A stretch of 64,000 nucleotides of DNA, from assembly GCA_965637545.1 (NCBI GenBank), contig OZ281494.1, positions 31,496,001-31,560,000 of the forward strand, in the 5' to 3' direction. The stretch comes from Phallusia mammillata. Lineage: Eukaryota. This document shows, one piece after another, positions 47,092 through 60,700 of the stretch. Both the position numbers and the translations under genes were made by a program. Under the pieces are notes generated by a model. It had not been told where the DNA came from. It was given only the letters and a program-made list of their open reading frames with translations, and made no database searches. Numbering within the stretch: position 1 is the stretch's first letter; every line of letters begins with the position of its first letter.

Positions 47092-50000
47092 CACAGTTAA
47101 CTTTTGACCAAAGATGTTATATTCGCCAAATGAACGCTTGTGTGACGTTTTTCGAAGAAGAAGATGACGTCATGCCGCGCGCTACGGCATTTTGACGTCA
47201 TAGAATTGTCTTTCATCGCATGATTTCGTTCTCAAGTACCAGACCTAAAAGTTTAGAGAAACTTCGTTTTTACTGTTTATTAAAGAATTATTTGAAATCA
47301 AACTCAAAATCCGTGTATAGTTTCCGAAAATCGAATCCATTCCATTACACAATTTGTATTATGCAGCAAATTATTGTAATTTTTTCGTTTGGCTCTTTTT
47401 TTACGACTGAGCACTTGCCTAAGCCTCGAAACGCTTCCATTTAATCGAATAATAGAAAAACTGTCGTAGGTTATTGACTATGCACCGTATACCAGGTTTA
47501 TTGCACGAAGCGTAAGTCATTTTAGAAGCTTGCATAATTGGCATGCGAGTCCAACAAAAACGCTTAGGCCTTTTATAGCTTTTTATGTCCCCAAATCAAT
47601 GGAAAACAGCACATTATTATCACCAGCATCTGAAAATATATGTTACACATGTTCCATAACATTAATCCATTATTTTTTAAGTTACTTTTTTCATCCATTA
47701 ATTTTGTTTCTGTTTTGATTTCTTCAGCTGCCTTATTAGGATTCCACTTTGTTATTATTCACTGCTTTTAGTATTTATTGTACATGCGTCGTTTAGTTTA
47801 TTCCTATCTTTCTGCATAGCTGTTGTGACTAGTTCCAATACTTATTAACAATTAAGGCACTTCGCTCCGTTTGTTTTCGCCTATCGCTGCCGTTTTAACC
47901 CAATTTTCGCAGTTACTTCTCTGTCGCCAATTTTACTTCGCTTTTTCTTTCGATAAACGACAATAAACCTGATTAGGGTATTTCCCTGTGTCACATGACT
48001 TTTTCTGATAAAGAGCTAGATAAATCACTGTATCTGAGTATTGTAAACTCAAAACAACGGTAACAATACATGTGTGATTGATCGATTGTTCAGAAAGAAC
48101 TATTTTAGTGTACTGTAGCTTATTATCAAGCAACAAATTTTGGTAAGAACCTTAAAAATAAAAAACAGAAAGCCAATATTCATAGTACGTCAGATCTATT
48201 AAATGAGTAAGAACGAATCAATTTGGTCTTCAAGACCTTTTTTAAATGACAAAGCATTGGGTGGATGAGGTATCACGCTTTTCGGCCTGGCTTACCATAG
48301 CTTCTATATGAATGTGCTGTGTTCTTTGGTCTGCATGTATGCTTCAGGGCTGATCCTAGTAATGATTTTATTTCATAACAAATAATACTTAAATTTAGAT
48401 CAGCTGGGCTTTAATTGCTGTTTTACGTATTTAAGTTTTTTTTGTGATCAGGATTTCAAATTGATCCATCCTGTTCCACATCCACGTTGTTGTCTGTAGG
48501 CTACCCACCAACTTATGTATTTCTGACTTGCATAAACAAGTTGGCTTGTAAAAAGTGCATTATCATTACAGCAGCTGCAATAACAAAAAATACTTCAGTT
48601 AAATACGGGTGCAATAATGAATCCTTGAATGGTCAGAATTTTCACAAATGATTGACGTAGTCGTAGTACATTAGTGTTCTCGGTGTCTTGTGACGAAACA
48701 GTAAATTTCATATTCCTCCGCGAATCAGCAAAAACTTGGTGGCCATGTTTTTTGTTCTGCTTAAGTTACATCAGGTTTAATTTAATGTATTTTGGAGTCA
48801 GGCAAATGTTAAAAACTGGTTTAACAAATGCATTTAAATGCTACTAAGCAACTGCATGTCATTATTAGGCCAAAATATGGTTAGAAACAGCCATTTTTGT
48901 AAAGACTCGGTGGAACTGGCAGCACTTTTCGTTGAATTAAAATTAGAGCGCTTTTTGCCAACGGCGTGGATGGAGGAACGCAGTGATTGTTCTATTTTCT
49001 ACTTTAACCTACATAGCTTTGGAGTTGTCATAAGTTGCTAGTTTTGTTACCTGTGTGGTGTGTAATCTAATTGGAAACGTTATAAATGTAAAGTTATTGC
49101 AGCAAAAATTGAATTCTGCTATTTCTTGTTATTTTAGGTGCTTATTGTAAGTTACCTGCTTAATTCCTGTTTCAGGTGTTGGGATAAATGTTTAGTTGTG
49201 TGAAAGCTGTACTACTGCTTAAAAAAACGCAAGAAGCAAAACACCAAATTTTAATAAAGGAACTAATTGCAATTCGCTTGTTAGTTGCAGAAAGCTCATT
49301 TGGAAAACAGGTAAGAACTTAACAACCAATTGTAACTAAAACAGTGTGTTTCTGTGATTTGATAAAATAGAATCCAGGAATTATGTTGGCGGTTGTAATG
49401 TTGCAAACAATTAAAGAAATCAAAAGCGGAGTTTTTAGTTTCAATGTAGTCATTGTGCCCAGCATATTCTTTGTGAATTGATATCATACTGTATGTAGGC
49501 TACTGTTGCGAAGAATTGCGCTAAAATAAGTGTTGCAATTGCATGGTTTACATCTGTATTGAACGGAGCCTCTCACTCCCACCACGAACCAAGCACAAAT
49601 GCAATATTAGTCGGAAGTTGCTAATTTGTCCTAAATCACCTTTTTGTATTCCCAAGAGACAAACAAACACACGGCAAAAGCGGCGAGCCACCATTTAAAG
49701 CGTATTTTACATTCAAGTTATGATACCGTTTTGAGTATTCCTGCCATAACTTTTCATTAAGATTATTTGTTTACAGCTTTTCCGATTCGGAAATTCCGAA
49801 GTAGATTTTTCAGTCTTACCAGTCTTTGGATATGGATTAACTTCAAGCCATCATTTCTCAAACTGTATTGTGGATTTTATCTGGACCGGTAAGTCAAGTT
49901 ACTGCATGTTGTGTGTTGACCACTTTAGAGAGGTCATACGTCTGTCTGTGACTGTATTGGTGATCATATTCTAAGTCAGTAGGAGTGAAAAATATAATTG

Positions 50001-51606
50001 AGTTGGGGTAAATGTTGAGGCATTTTTCTGCTGAGAGGAAAAGTCGAGATACGTTGGAGGTGTAAATGCACACATAATGTAATTTTATAAAGGTAGTTTT
50101 AAGTGTTTGTTTTTTGTTTGCACAGTTTGGGCCGTTAATTGTAAAATAGAATCGACCTAGGTTTTTCACACTGATATGGCAAACTTGAAGTGATGCCCTA
50201 AAATTTTTTTGACTTTTCAACTTTGCACTTCGCTGGTCAGGACATATTTTGATAAATCTCGGTTGACACCGCTCTTAAAAGATATTTTTTTCTTTGTAAA
50301 GTCGTGTTTTTGTTAAAGCCACAGCCATTGATGGCTTTGATTGAAGTGGCGATGTTACAAAAATTCAGTCGATTACAGTTATATCATACTGACAAAGTGG
50401 AAACTAAGAGGTAATGAAATTAAACTACGTATCTTAACGTGTACTGTATTTCCAACCTTATATTAAAAAACAGAAACATTTCGCTGCAAACTAAGTGCTA
50501 AACCTCCAAAACAGAACACGTAACTTTACAAAAATAATTTAAAAATAAAATTTTGTCATCACACACTGCGCTATTGTATTTTTTCTAAACACACACGACC
50601 ATGTTTGAGACCGGCGGTTTCAGCAACCAAATGTAAAGCTAATCCGCAATCAGTTAAAAGACAAAAAATATAGTGCTTTTAGCTATCTTTAAAAAATGCA
50701 TTTTTTTCTCCAATATAGGCTACTCTAAAAATATATTTACAATTCAAAACACATTTAAGCAATTAACCGCATTTGACTTATGCACGGTAAATGTTATGAA
50801 TTGGGTTTTGGTAAAATCAGTTATTTTTAGCGTTCAAATGGACACAATGCATCGACAAACAACATATTACATGTACTAAAAAACGGTAAAAAGTTTGCAT
50901 ACAACATTGTATGGAATGTTCAGTTTTTAATAGGAATGACAGTAAAAATGAAGAAATCAGCCATAGGTCATAATTAGACGGTTATACCAACGGTTCCATA
51001 CATATGGTCAACTATTTGTCTATGCTTACTGCAAGCATTTTTGAGGAACGTACGCATACAGACATTTCGAGTACGAATAATCACGCAACATAAAACTACA
51101 AAACGGGATAGTTCTGTCGAACTTAAGTGCTGAGCTTTTATAAAAGAATTATATACAGTTAAAGGCATCGATTGACAAATTAACAACAGAAGCAAAACAC
51201 TAAAGCCAGTTAATCGCATATTCAATTTACCACCTTTTTTTGCAATTAACCAAAATTTTCAATGACTGTTAGGATTTACAATCCCCAAATTAAACGGAAT
51301 TAACAGAAAACGTACCAAAAAATAATAAAAGTACCAACAAGTAATTTAAAACTACTGAGATGACAATATTAATACACGTTCTGTACAGGTTGATGAACAA
51401 AATAGAAATATTCAAAATGTAAAAACATGCAGTTCATCTTGACTTGCAAGACCTACATGTAGCTATGTTACGAGATTTGAATCCCAGCAACAGCCATTCG
51501 CGAGTTTAAAAACTAATATTCTGTTCTGTTCATCTACGTTTGGTATGTTCAAGTTATGGGAAAAAGTTATCAGACAAACCAAAACGTAACCGACTGTAGG
51601 GACCAG

Positions 51607-51725
51607 TTAAAGACTGTTCCAAGGTGCGTTGTGCGAATAGAAGTCCACCACACTGCCTTTTTGGTAGTAATTCTGCAACAGTTCGTGCCATGTCTCTGTG
51701 TCTTTGTCCAGTGTATGGCTGTTAC
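51607..51725 (-). CDS. HELZ2: HELZ2-like terminal exon
   Basis: GNSHTL...TWHELLQNY...PWNSL*. Confidence 0.88.
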
Positions 51726-54700
51726 CTAAAAACCGATTGTGGTAAAAACGCTCAGTCTGTTTAACACCAGTAACGCCAACGTTTTTAAAATTAATAAGTT
51801 TCGAAATAGAATGTGTTTCGAATAGAATAGTATTTCTGTTTCAAAGTGGTCTTTCAGTGAGAAAATTAACTCATTTTTAAAAAATTTGTGGGCGTACCAG
51901 GGTCAAAAGTAACGTTCCACAACTTCAGTGATTGTGTGTGTAAATTTGGAAAAGTTTAGACACTCTACCTTAGCCAAAAGTCGAACAAACCTAGGTTAGA
52001 TAACCAAACGGAGGACAATAATATATGTTCCTTCATGAAACCAAAAAGAAAAAGACGAGCTACTGTACTAATTGCAAGTATTGTACGTGTTACAGTATTG
52101 GGGCATATTAAGAACTACACACTTATCTCTGCCTCTTACCAATAATGCATAGTCCACGCCTTGACCTCGTGATGGCTACGTTAATTTGGTGAGGGTCCGT
52201 AACGAAGCCAAGATATTTACGTCGCCAGTGCAGGGTAGCACTTTCGTCCATCAGCTCTTGTGGTTGAGAACGAACAGTCGAGAGAATAACATAATCTCGT
52301 TCACTTCCTAAACACGAAAGCTCTTTATTTAACACAACACAACAAAAAAATCAAAACAAATGCAACTTTTTCTTTAACCTTTTTTGGAAGATGGCATTTT
52401 TCAGTTCAGCTCAAAACTCAAACAGTAGCTTTACTTTCGTAACTGGCGTATTTTCAGCAAAACAATGCCACTCACAAAAGAATAAAACATTTTTATTACT
52501 TACCCTGACTGGTGACGACCGTTCCAATATGGACTCCGGATAAGCCTGCTCTTTCGGCACGAATCATACTGGAGATTTCCGAGCACTGAGCTTTATACGG
52601 CGACAGAACCATAATGTCTTCCAGTGGCACTCGTTTGGTCAGATGCAGCCAAACCAGAATCTTAATCTAAAGTCATTTATGCAACCAGCTTTAGAAATTT
52701 TACCTCGATCTTAACGTGATCCATACAATCCCCCATCAATTGTTGTGAACGTTAAAGCTTGTCGCTTTAACCTTATCGTTCTGAACAAGTTTAACACGTC
52801 CATGGACAATATCACCTTGTCCTTGGGCAAATAGTTGTTTTGATTGTTTTGTTGTCAACACATGTAATGGGCAAAACGTGCCCAAACATTTGGATAGCTG
52901 CGCACACGTTTTTGTTGTATTTTGCTCGCCAACTGGCCAGTGGTATAAAGCGTATTCATAGGGAAATCTAATACAGTGGTGTATGTATAAAACAGTTTCC
53001 AAATCGGCCTTTGGAAACCCAACATATGTAACTTTGCTAAAATGATGAAATAACGCTCGGAGCATCATTCACACTAATTAACTTTGAATGAAACTTACCA
53101 CTGCCCGCGCCTGTCCTTTGTTGTACTTGGAGTTGACACCACCGTGTTCCAGTTTGTTGAAACTGTTGTCTTCCTCTGACTCCACGTGCGCGAAAACTGC
53201 AGTGTTGCCTGGCGACGGGTGAAACAAAACGCCCGGCTTTCGGTGATCTCTATCATGAACTGAATCATCTGTTTTTAACGCGCTGTTGTAGAAATGTGAA
53301 GACGGAAAGTCGCAGATGGATTCATTCTGAAAAGGGATTTAAAATTGACACTGACTTGAAACATTGTTTGATTACCAGTTCTTTGACAGGTTCGTTTTTG
53401 ATCAATTACTTGCCATGTCCAAACAGCGTTAAACTCAAGCCGGCGTTAAAAAGTGCTATGATTAGTTGTTGAGCTTAGCAGGCGTAAGTTTTTCCATAAA
53501 ATAATACGACCAATGGTTATGCAATTTAATAGACGACGTCTTTTTTCACATACGTGACTATATCTCAAATGTTACGGTCTTCAATAAAATTAAATCCAGT
53601 TTTTAACAAAACATATAACAAATTTGACTCGCTACTCCCTTAAATAAATACTTTGCGGTCATAATTTGTCAAACTTACCATTCTGTACTGAAGAGTCAAC
53701 ATTTCTGTGTGTTCTTCCAATCTCTCAAACATTGAAACTCCCATACCGAAATCTCGCGCTCTATCGCATTGTATCACGGGTTGCAACTGCTTTTGGTCCC
53801 CAATCAGAACAACCTGGCACAAAATACAGGCAGGATTAACGATGTTTGACAGTAATCATCGTTAAACAAAACAAATAGTTCATATCCTTGGGCGTAAAAA
53901 AATAGAAATATACACTGAACTATAATCGCTTTGGTTTTGTACCAAGTTTCGCGCAGGTAACCTGTAGCCAGTGGTGGGACTCAATTTTTCAATTTTCATT
54001 CAATTCGAACATTGTTAAAAGGGTCACCCATTTTAGGGATTAGTTGGTTAAGTTGTGGTGCTACAAGGCAAAACATAACATTTGAGGACTTAGTATGTTC
54101 AAGAAACTTTGCAAATTTTATATAATTAGGACGTTTTTAAAAAGTTCATTTATTTTAGGGGACTAGTTGAGTAAATGTTGGGGCTACAAGGTAAAACACA
54201 TCAATCGAAACCTACAAATAGCATAGTCCACATGCTACCTAAATTTTAGCCAATCCAGACACTGTTTAATAAACTCACCCATTTTAGGGGGCTAGTGGGG
54301 TAACTAATGTGGTCCGACACACAAACTAAAAAAATATGAAACCTCAATGACTCAAATCAATAGTACTGCAAAATTTCAGCCCAATCCGCTAATGTTTAAA
54401 ATTTCGACCCCTAGAGGTGTTTTGAGCAACAGCTGTTAATGTTTCTGACGTCATAGGGCTGTTAACAAGCCCCTAGCTGCCATGGCGCAAAAACGACCAC
54501 CAAGCGACCCACAATGCCCCAATGAGTAACATACAGCTGGTTGCCCTTGTAATACTATTACGCCACAGAAATCTTTAATTTGTGGTGCCCAGTAACATAC
54601 AAATACGTTTTACACTTTGGGGGCTCTGTGGGGTAAATGTTAGGGATACAGGGTTAAACACAACAATTGACACCTATAAATGGCATACTCTACAAGCTAT

Positions 54701-57700
54701 CCAAATTTCAGCCAATTCTGACACTGTTTAAAAACCTCACCCATTTTAGGGGGCTAGCGGGGTAAATACTGGGGTTATCAACAAAAACAAAGTGGGATGC
54801 ACATCTACATGAATATATCTACCATCTGTGTAAATTTCAGCCACATCCATCAAACATTTGATGGCAAAACGAGTCGGACAAACTTTGGGGAAAAAATACT
54901 CATTTTAAGGGGCTAGCGGGGTAAATACTGGGGTTATCAACAAAAACAAAGTGGGATGCACATCTACATAACTATATCTACCATCTGTGTAAATTTCACC
55001 CAAATCCATCAAACATTTGATGGAAAAACGAGTCGGACAAACTTTGGGACGAAAATAACCAATTTTAGGGGGCTAGCGGGGTAAATACTGGGGTTATCAA
55101 CAAAAACAAAGTGGGATGCACATCTACATAACTATATCTACCATCTGTGTAAATTTCAGCCAAATCCATCAAACATTTGATGGAAAAACGAGTCGGACAA
55201 ACTTTGGGGAAAAGAAAAAAAACAAAAAAACAAAAACAATTTGAGTAAAATCAATATAATTACTGCTATAAATCTTTAAATCTGCAGTTCTTTAAGATAA
55301 TTAGACGTAGTTTGAATAGTATTGCACGTTAATAAACGTTTTAACACCATCAATTTTAAAACGAGCAAACAAACTCTTAAGCCTTTACCTGGTCAGCTAA
55401 TGACGTCACAACCGGAACAAGTGTTTCCGGTTCACTGCACATCCCCGCCTCGTCAATGATACAATGCGAGAATAGCATTCGCTTCAGTTTGGGATATTTT
55501 GACTTGAGTTTTCGTTTAAAGATCTTCACTGCAAACAAAAAAACTTGAATCAAACAAAAAGCCTTACTCTTCTGTTGACTGGATTACTAATGTTTTTTTA
55601 AACCCCTTGATTCGTAGCAATCTTTTCAATTTTGTATATTATGTATGAATTATCTGTGCATGTAGAGTAAGTGCGGGTGTATATGTTATATTCGTGTGTA
55701 AATTACAGTGGGGATTAAGATTCAGCATTGGAAATTTAGCCTAATCCGCTTTAGATCCACATAAATACATACATATTATTTCTATTATTCAAGTTATGTT
55801 TTACGGCGTGAAATCAACCAACTATTACAATCATAGTGGCAAATTAGTACGTTATTCTTTTGAACATTCTTAAACCGACTTACAGAGCATTTTAAGTTTA
55901 AGTAATTCAATCAGCTTTGACGACGACGTGGGCTAGTATTTTTGCTGCAAAAACCAATTTCCTACATTATAGCTTTAAATATAAAATTGGATCGGAGCAA
56001 TTGTTTTTATAGAATGGCTGGATTTTAATGAAGCAAGCATACTTGCGGAGCCTGTGCAGGTACAAATAATGACGTCATGTCGAGATAGTTCCTCCTCTTT
56101 TGCTGCTTGTACCGTAGCTTTGTATTCAAGGTACTCGCGGAGAGTTACTGGTGGTGTTTTGTCCTTAAACCTGAACAGACGATATCGGAAATTTTAAGCT
56201 TAAACTTATGTAGCTCATGCTTTAATTTTCCAAATCAAATAAACAAGGCGTACATCGGTTATTGAAATACTGCCTCATGTAATGCGTTTCCAAGCAAAAT
56301 TGTTGTGTTGTATATTGCATTGCAAGTCTCATACGAATTCAGACGTTCTTGTGTTTAGTGTGTGGTAAGCGCCTTGAAAACCATTTTTGTTGTCGGCTAT
56401 AGTTGTAATTTTTCCACGATTCTTATTAACTGTGTGAATGTTTCTATTAACTTTGAATCTTCCTATTGTCTGTGTAAATTCAGACGTCCTTGAATTTAAT
56501 GTGTGGTAAGGGCCTTGAAAACCAACTTTGTTTTCGGCCATAGTTACAAAACACAACGTACTTTTTGTCGTAGTCCCTGAGTTTCCTATGCTTGCTGTTT
56601 GTCTCATTTCTGATAATCTTATGAAGAGTTATCGATTCAAGTTTTCCTGATGGGTTCGGTTCGTTTTCTTTTTTAATTGAAGGATTGAGTGGATTGGGAT
56701 AATCCTGTTCTTCCATCAACTTTCCGTAAACTCTTAGTATTTTCATTCCAGTTTTCATCAAATATTCTAAACGTAAAATGACGCAAATGTTTTTTTTTTG
56801 TATTACGCAGGAATATTTGTAATGATGGGTTGGGTTTTAAGTAATATCATATTGTTGCCAGCAGATTAATGTTCTCAAAGGTTCGAATGCCCAAAGGTAT
56901 TTCACAAGGACTTGAAAAAAGCAAACAAACTATGCCAACAAAAAATCCCCAACAGCAACAAGGGTGTCTAAATTCTATGTCTCGTTTTATCACATAAGGC
57001 ACAACACAGCAGCCTACAACACAATTATCACCGAGTTCTCTCTTTTGCCCCAGGATATGGAATCGAGGACGTTTTTTTTTAAAAAAAAACGAGGCCGGAG
57101 TATTTTTGGCGACTCTCACTCTTAGCCAGTTTTGTTAAAAGACATTTATTAATTGTGCAAACGGCAACATAAAGGATTGTTTTTTTGGAGTCGGGATTTA
57201 TCAAAAAGTGGAGTTTTTAGGAAAAAGTGAAACTTACCAATAACAGATGTCATTTACAACTTATTGTACCTGCAACAACATCCACCGATTTATTAGAAGG
57301 TCCACAATAGAGAATAAATCCCTCATTGCCGGTTGCGATGTTCATCTGACGGAAGTAATGAACCATGTAAGCACCCATAAACGATTTCCCTGTGCCTGTG
57401 AAACATAAATAACGGCTGGAATGAATAATAAAGTTAAATCGATAAAACACAGCGGACTCTTTTAAACACATTAGCAACAGTTGTGACAAATGTGTTTGTT
57501 TAACCATAGTACGTCAGGCTTTTGAAGGTTCTATACCAAATTATCCGGTCACCGTTTGTTTCAACATATGACAAGCACAGGTTAGAAAGATTTAGCTGTT
57601 GGTGTGATTCGAATAAACGACACGAGCCTATTCGGGACCTCGCTCTGCCAATTGAGCTACACATGCTCAGTGGTTAAACCGTCTAAAGTCGAATCACAAG

Positions 57701-60700
57701 CACCGTTGCCTGTCCAACACGTCCGTTCGTTTAGTAGTAGGTGATTGCTAATTCGACTATTTATTTAATGTCCCTTTTTGTGACTTGAAAGGTGTGTGTT
57801 CACGACGTTTATCATGACCAACTGTGTTACGTCCTGCAAAGAAAAACTGGGACCAGAGTTAGGAATGTTTTGGGGTTAAATGATTTCACTTACCCGGTGG
57901 CCCTTGTACGAGTGTCAGTTTATTTCCCATGGCTCGTTGAACCTGTCCTTTTTGTTCGTTGTTTAACGGAAATTTGAACCCCCTGACCTCTTCGCTGCCA
58001 ACAGATTGTATAATACGTTCAACATCAGGGTTGTATTTGAGCTCATTGATTCGTGCTATATCTCCAGTACACAGCATTTCGGCAATTTCAGTGTTTTCTT
58101 TTGGACTCGATCCTTTTCTAATGCTTTGTAGCGACTTGGCCATTCGCCTACAGTAAAAGACCAAATTTATTTTGTACAAAAGGTGGGCGACCCTTGCCCT
58201 GATGAGAGACGCCCCCAAATGAGACGCCGAAACTTCAAATGATTTGTGTATATTTGCCGGTTTAGCAACAAGCAAAGTTTACTAAATCATTATATTGGAA
58301 AAAGTTTCATTTCATAAGTATCCACAACTTATCAATTTTCAATACTCCATTGTGGTCATTCACACACAGAGAATGCCATTGCGGTCATTCACATATTTTA
58401 CACACTTAGCTAGATTGAAAAAAAAACGATAACTTAGGATTCCCCAAGTAAATAAACGTACAATTGGCACGGAATGAACTACAGGAAATCACTTTGCGCT
58501 GATGTATTTTCCGTTTTATTTATTTATTTATTTACTTAACATATTTACCTGTGTGGCACATGCAGGGGTATGTATTCCACAGTAGCCAGTGTTTCACTTT
58601 TGTAGATGGGGTCAGTGCTCTCCACTTTGGACAGAATCGACCTGCACAGTATGAAACTGACTGTGGTCAAGTTGGTAACATTTTCCCTATCTTCTTCCAC
58701 CGCAACAATTAGAGCATGTGCCACCCAAGTGTACCGTGATTCTGCAACACAAGTTTAATAAGATGTGAAAAGGAGGGCAAGTTGCAAAATATACTGTTTG
58801 AATATATTTTGGACCGACAACCTATATTAAACTGTCATGGTCCAACAAACTATTGTGAAATAATATGGGTAATATTTCATGAAACACATTAATGGCCTCT
58901 GTGCTAATTTTAATACGTGTCAGAAACACATTTTAAACAACCGAAAATTTCAATTTACATGGCAAAATGGTCATTAAAACTTTACAAAAAAGAAACTTTA
59001 CCGTTGTCATTTGATAGAACATTTTTGACACGAATGCACAAAAAGCCATCTCTGTGCATGTGAATCATCCTTTCCTTGCAATACATAGTTTTCAGGGTGA
59101 AGTATCCAGCTTCTGTAAAGATAAAACATAATTTTTTTGAGGTCATACCTTGGACTTGGTATACAAATCAAAAGTGCTCTTAAATGGCCTTAAGAATAAC
59201 AATTATTAATCCATCAAAGCAACATTTCCAATTGCATTTGAAGTTCAAAAATGACTTCCTCGTGTGCACAGTGCAAGTTGTTTTTGTAACAAGTTGAAAG
59301 TAAAATATCCAACTGATACGTATAGAAGGTTTTGAAACCCGTCCAAAATCCAACTGTTTCATACACAGTGGTGATTGGTCACGTTACTGACAATAACAAA
59401 ACCTCATATTTATTATAGATTAATTACACTGACCTCCAGGCCTGGTCCAATGTATGTTAACTCCATTGAACGTGATCGAAAAGCCGTCAACCACAGCGCA
59501 ATAAACTCCATCCAGTCGCAGAACAGGTAGCCATACGTTGGCATATTGCTTCATTGTCATTGTCTCGTTTTTTCCCTGGACTAAACACAACCAGGTCATC
59601 GTATAAAAGTAAAATTAGAACAACCAATCAGTATCACTTTACCTCGCAAAATCGTCTATAAGTTTTTGATAAATATTGGGACAAATCTATTGTCAGACGC
59701 AAATATTTTTGTTAAAACTGGCCACTGTTTTATTCTATGTACTGTACTAATATTTCTAGTATTATCATCATTACTGAACTAAGAAAAGTAGACAATTTGG
59801 AAACAAACAGCTGAATTACACCACAACATTTTGTATCATTTAATGTAGCAAATTGTAAAAAAAACATGTAAATTTGGATTTAGTTCTGAAAGTCTAATTT
59901 TTTAAACTTAACATGGACTTCTAAAGTAACTTTATAGCAACAATTGCTGTAACATGTGGCATAACATGCTTTTTTATGTTAAAGCGGCTGATGTTTTTGA
60001 TCAATCCACTGGGCTAAAACTATAAAGCTGGCTCTCCAACACGCTGTTATTAAAAAACATGCGTCCTATGTAATGATTAACCATATAACACCGTTTGCCA
60101 AACTTGCGACGGATATACATTGGATACCTAATTTCAAAGAAATAATAACATACTATTGAGTGGTAAGGAGCCTACCGACTTACCGCGTGTTGGCCGAACG
60201 TCGGATGCAAAGGTTTCAACTGCATCAGTTTGATGGCTCAGACACAAATCGAAGTCATCAGCCAAACACAGAAGCTGTACTGTGGGTTCTAACATTCCTC
60301 TCCTAATTCTGGGATTCAATTGAACTAAAATCGGCAAACCAGACTCTACAAACGTGGAAATCACGCGCACGTGGCGTATATCATTCTTGGTCCTATAAGA
60401 CATGTGGTCATCGCATTTGCTGTCCTTGTGATCACATTTTCGCCCATCACACGGACCCAGCTGGTTAGATGCTTTTGCTGGACACCGTTGAGTTGGTTTT
60501 TGCTTTGCAACGATTCTGTCGATTTAAAACATTGTTTTACACTTACGAAAAATGGATACTTCATCTTTTGGGGGAGATTGTCATATTCGGTAAGAACGTT
60601 TTAAGCGACATCATGAAAGCTAATAAATGATTATAAAACGTCATCACGCTACGTCATCATACTAAAATACATAAAAGATGATAAATAATGTTGACAGGAC

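Noticed and set aside
47164-47201. 3'UTR hairpin as a SECIS element
   Set aside because: No apical AA, no tandem GA core, and readthrough of the TGA adds only two codons
57221-57240. IRF/ISRE-like AAAAGTGAAACT overlapping a cryptic GTAAGT donor
   Set aside because: Single intronic match; using the cryptic donor would include a stop codon
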